A stretch of DNA of 64,000 bases from Candidatus Bathyarchaeota archaeon (lineage in GTDB: Archaea > Thermoproteota > Bathyarchaeia > Bathyarchaeales > Bathycorpusculaceae): NCBI GenBank assembly GCA_963733095.1, contig CAVTBV010000013.1, positions 64,001 through 128,000 of the forward strand, written 5' to 3'. The translations under genes and the position numbers were made by a program. Positions 63,857 to 64,000 of this stretch are shown here, piece after piece; position 1 is the first letter of the stretch; each line of letters begins with the position of its first letter. The notes under the pieces were generated by a model that saw only the letters and a list, made by a program, of their open reading frames with translations, was not told where the DNA came from and did not search any database.

Positions 63857-64000
63857 GGTTTAGAGCCTTCGACTTTAGCAAGGAATTGCTTGATTAATTC
63901 CAGATCACTGTTTATTGATTCCTTAATTTGCAACTTTGTTTTTTATTTTATTTGAAAAAGGCTTTTTACATCATAAACACTATAATAGGTAGCAGCCTTC

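Larger units (their letters stand above)
60960..64000. mobile_element. edge of a probable provirus / integrated element
   Basis: Shift to AT-rich DNA and a run of short orphan, often Cys-bearing, minus-strand ORFs; no integrase or att in window. Confidence 0.55.

Overview
Archaeal genomic window, most likely Bathyarchaeia (inferred from the secreted PQQ-type beta-propeller ending in RKRP, stand-alone MtrH, RibK/RibL/Dph5, TATA-type promoters and a long Rpo5). Positions 1-9.6 kb and 30.6-60.9 kb hold core and metabolic genes: hcp, alpha-amylase, tandem amt, korAB, nrdRDG, rpo5, a DUF4011 helicase, thiolase/DUF35, cbiB/cobD, dph5, ribL and ribK. About 9.7-30.45 kb is an accessory island built on the 3' end of a minus-strand tRNA-Ser(GCT) at 30365-30451. 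Its youngest unit is a 7,234-bp element bounded by a perfect 24-bp att repeat, with an SSV1-style split integrase, AbiV, a membrane-anchored HNH nuclease and a possible jelly-roll protein, but no recognisable replicase. Three older degenerate copies of the same att (9771, 12027, 21077) share flanking arms pairwise and divide the island into cassette-like blocks. Other highlights: two promoter-bearing hairpin sRNA candidates, a eukaryote-like two-domain Rpo5, an unannotated 9-Cys microprotein, probable ATA-initiated genes, and a second virus-like region running off the right end (about 61-64 kb). No CRISPR array or rRNA was seen.
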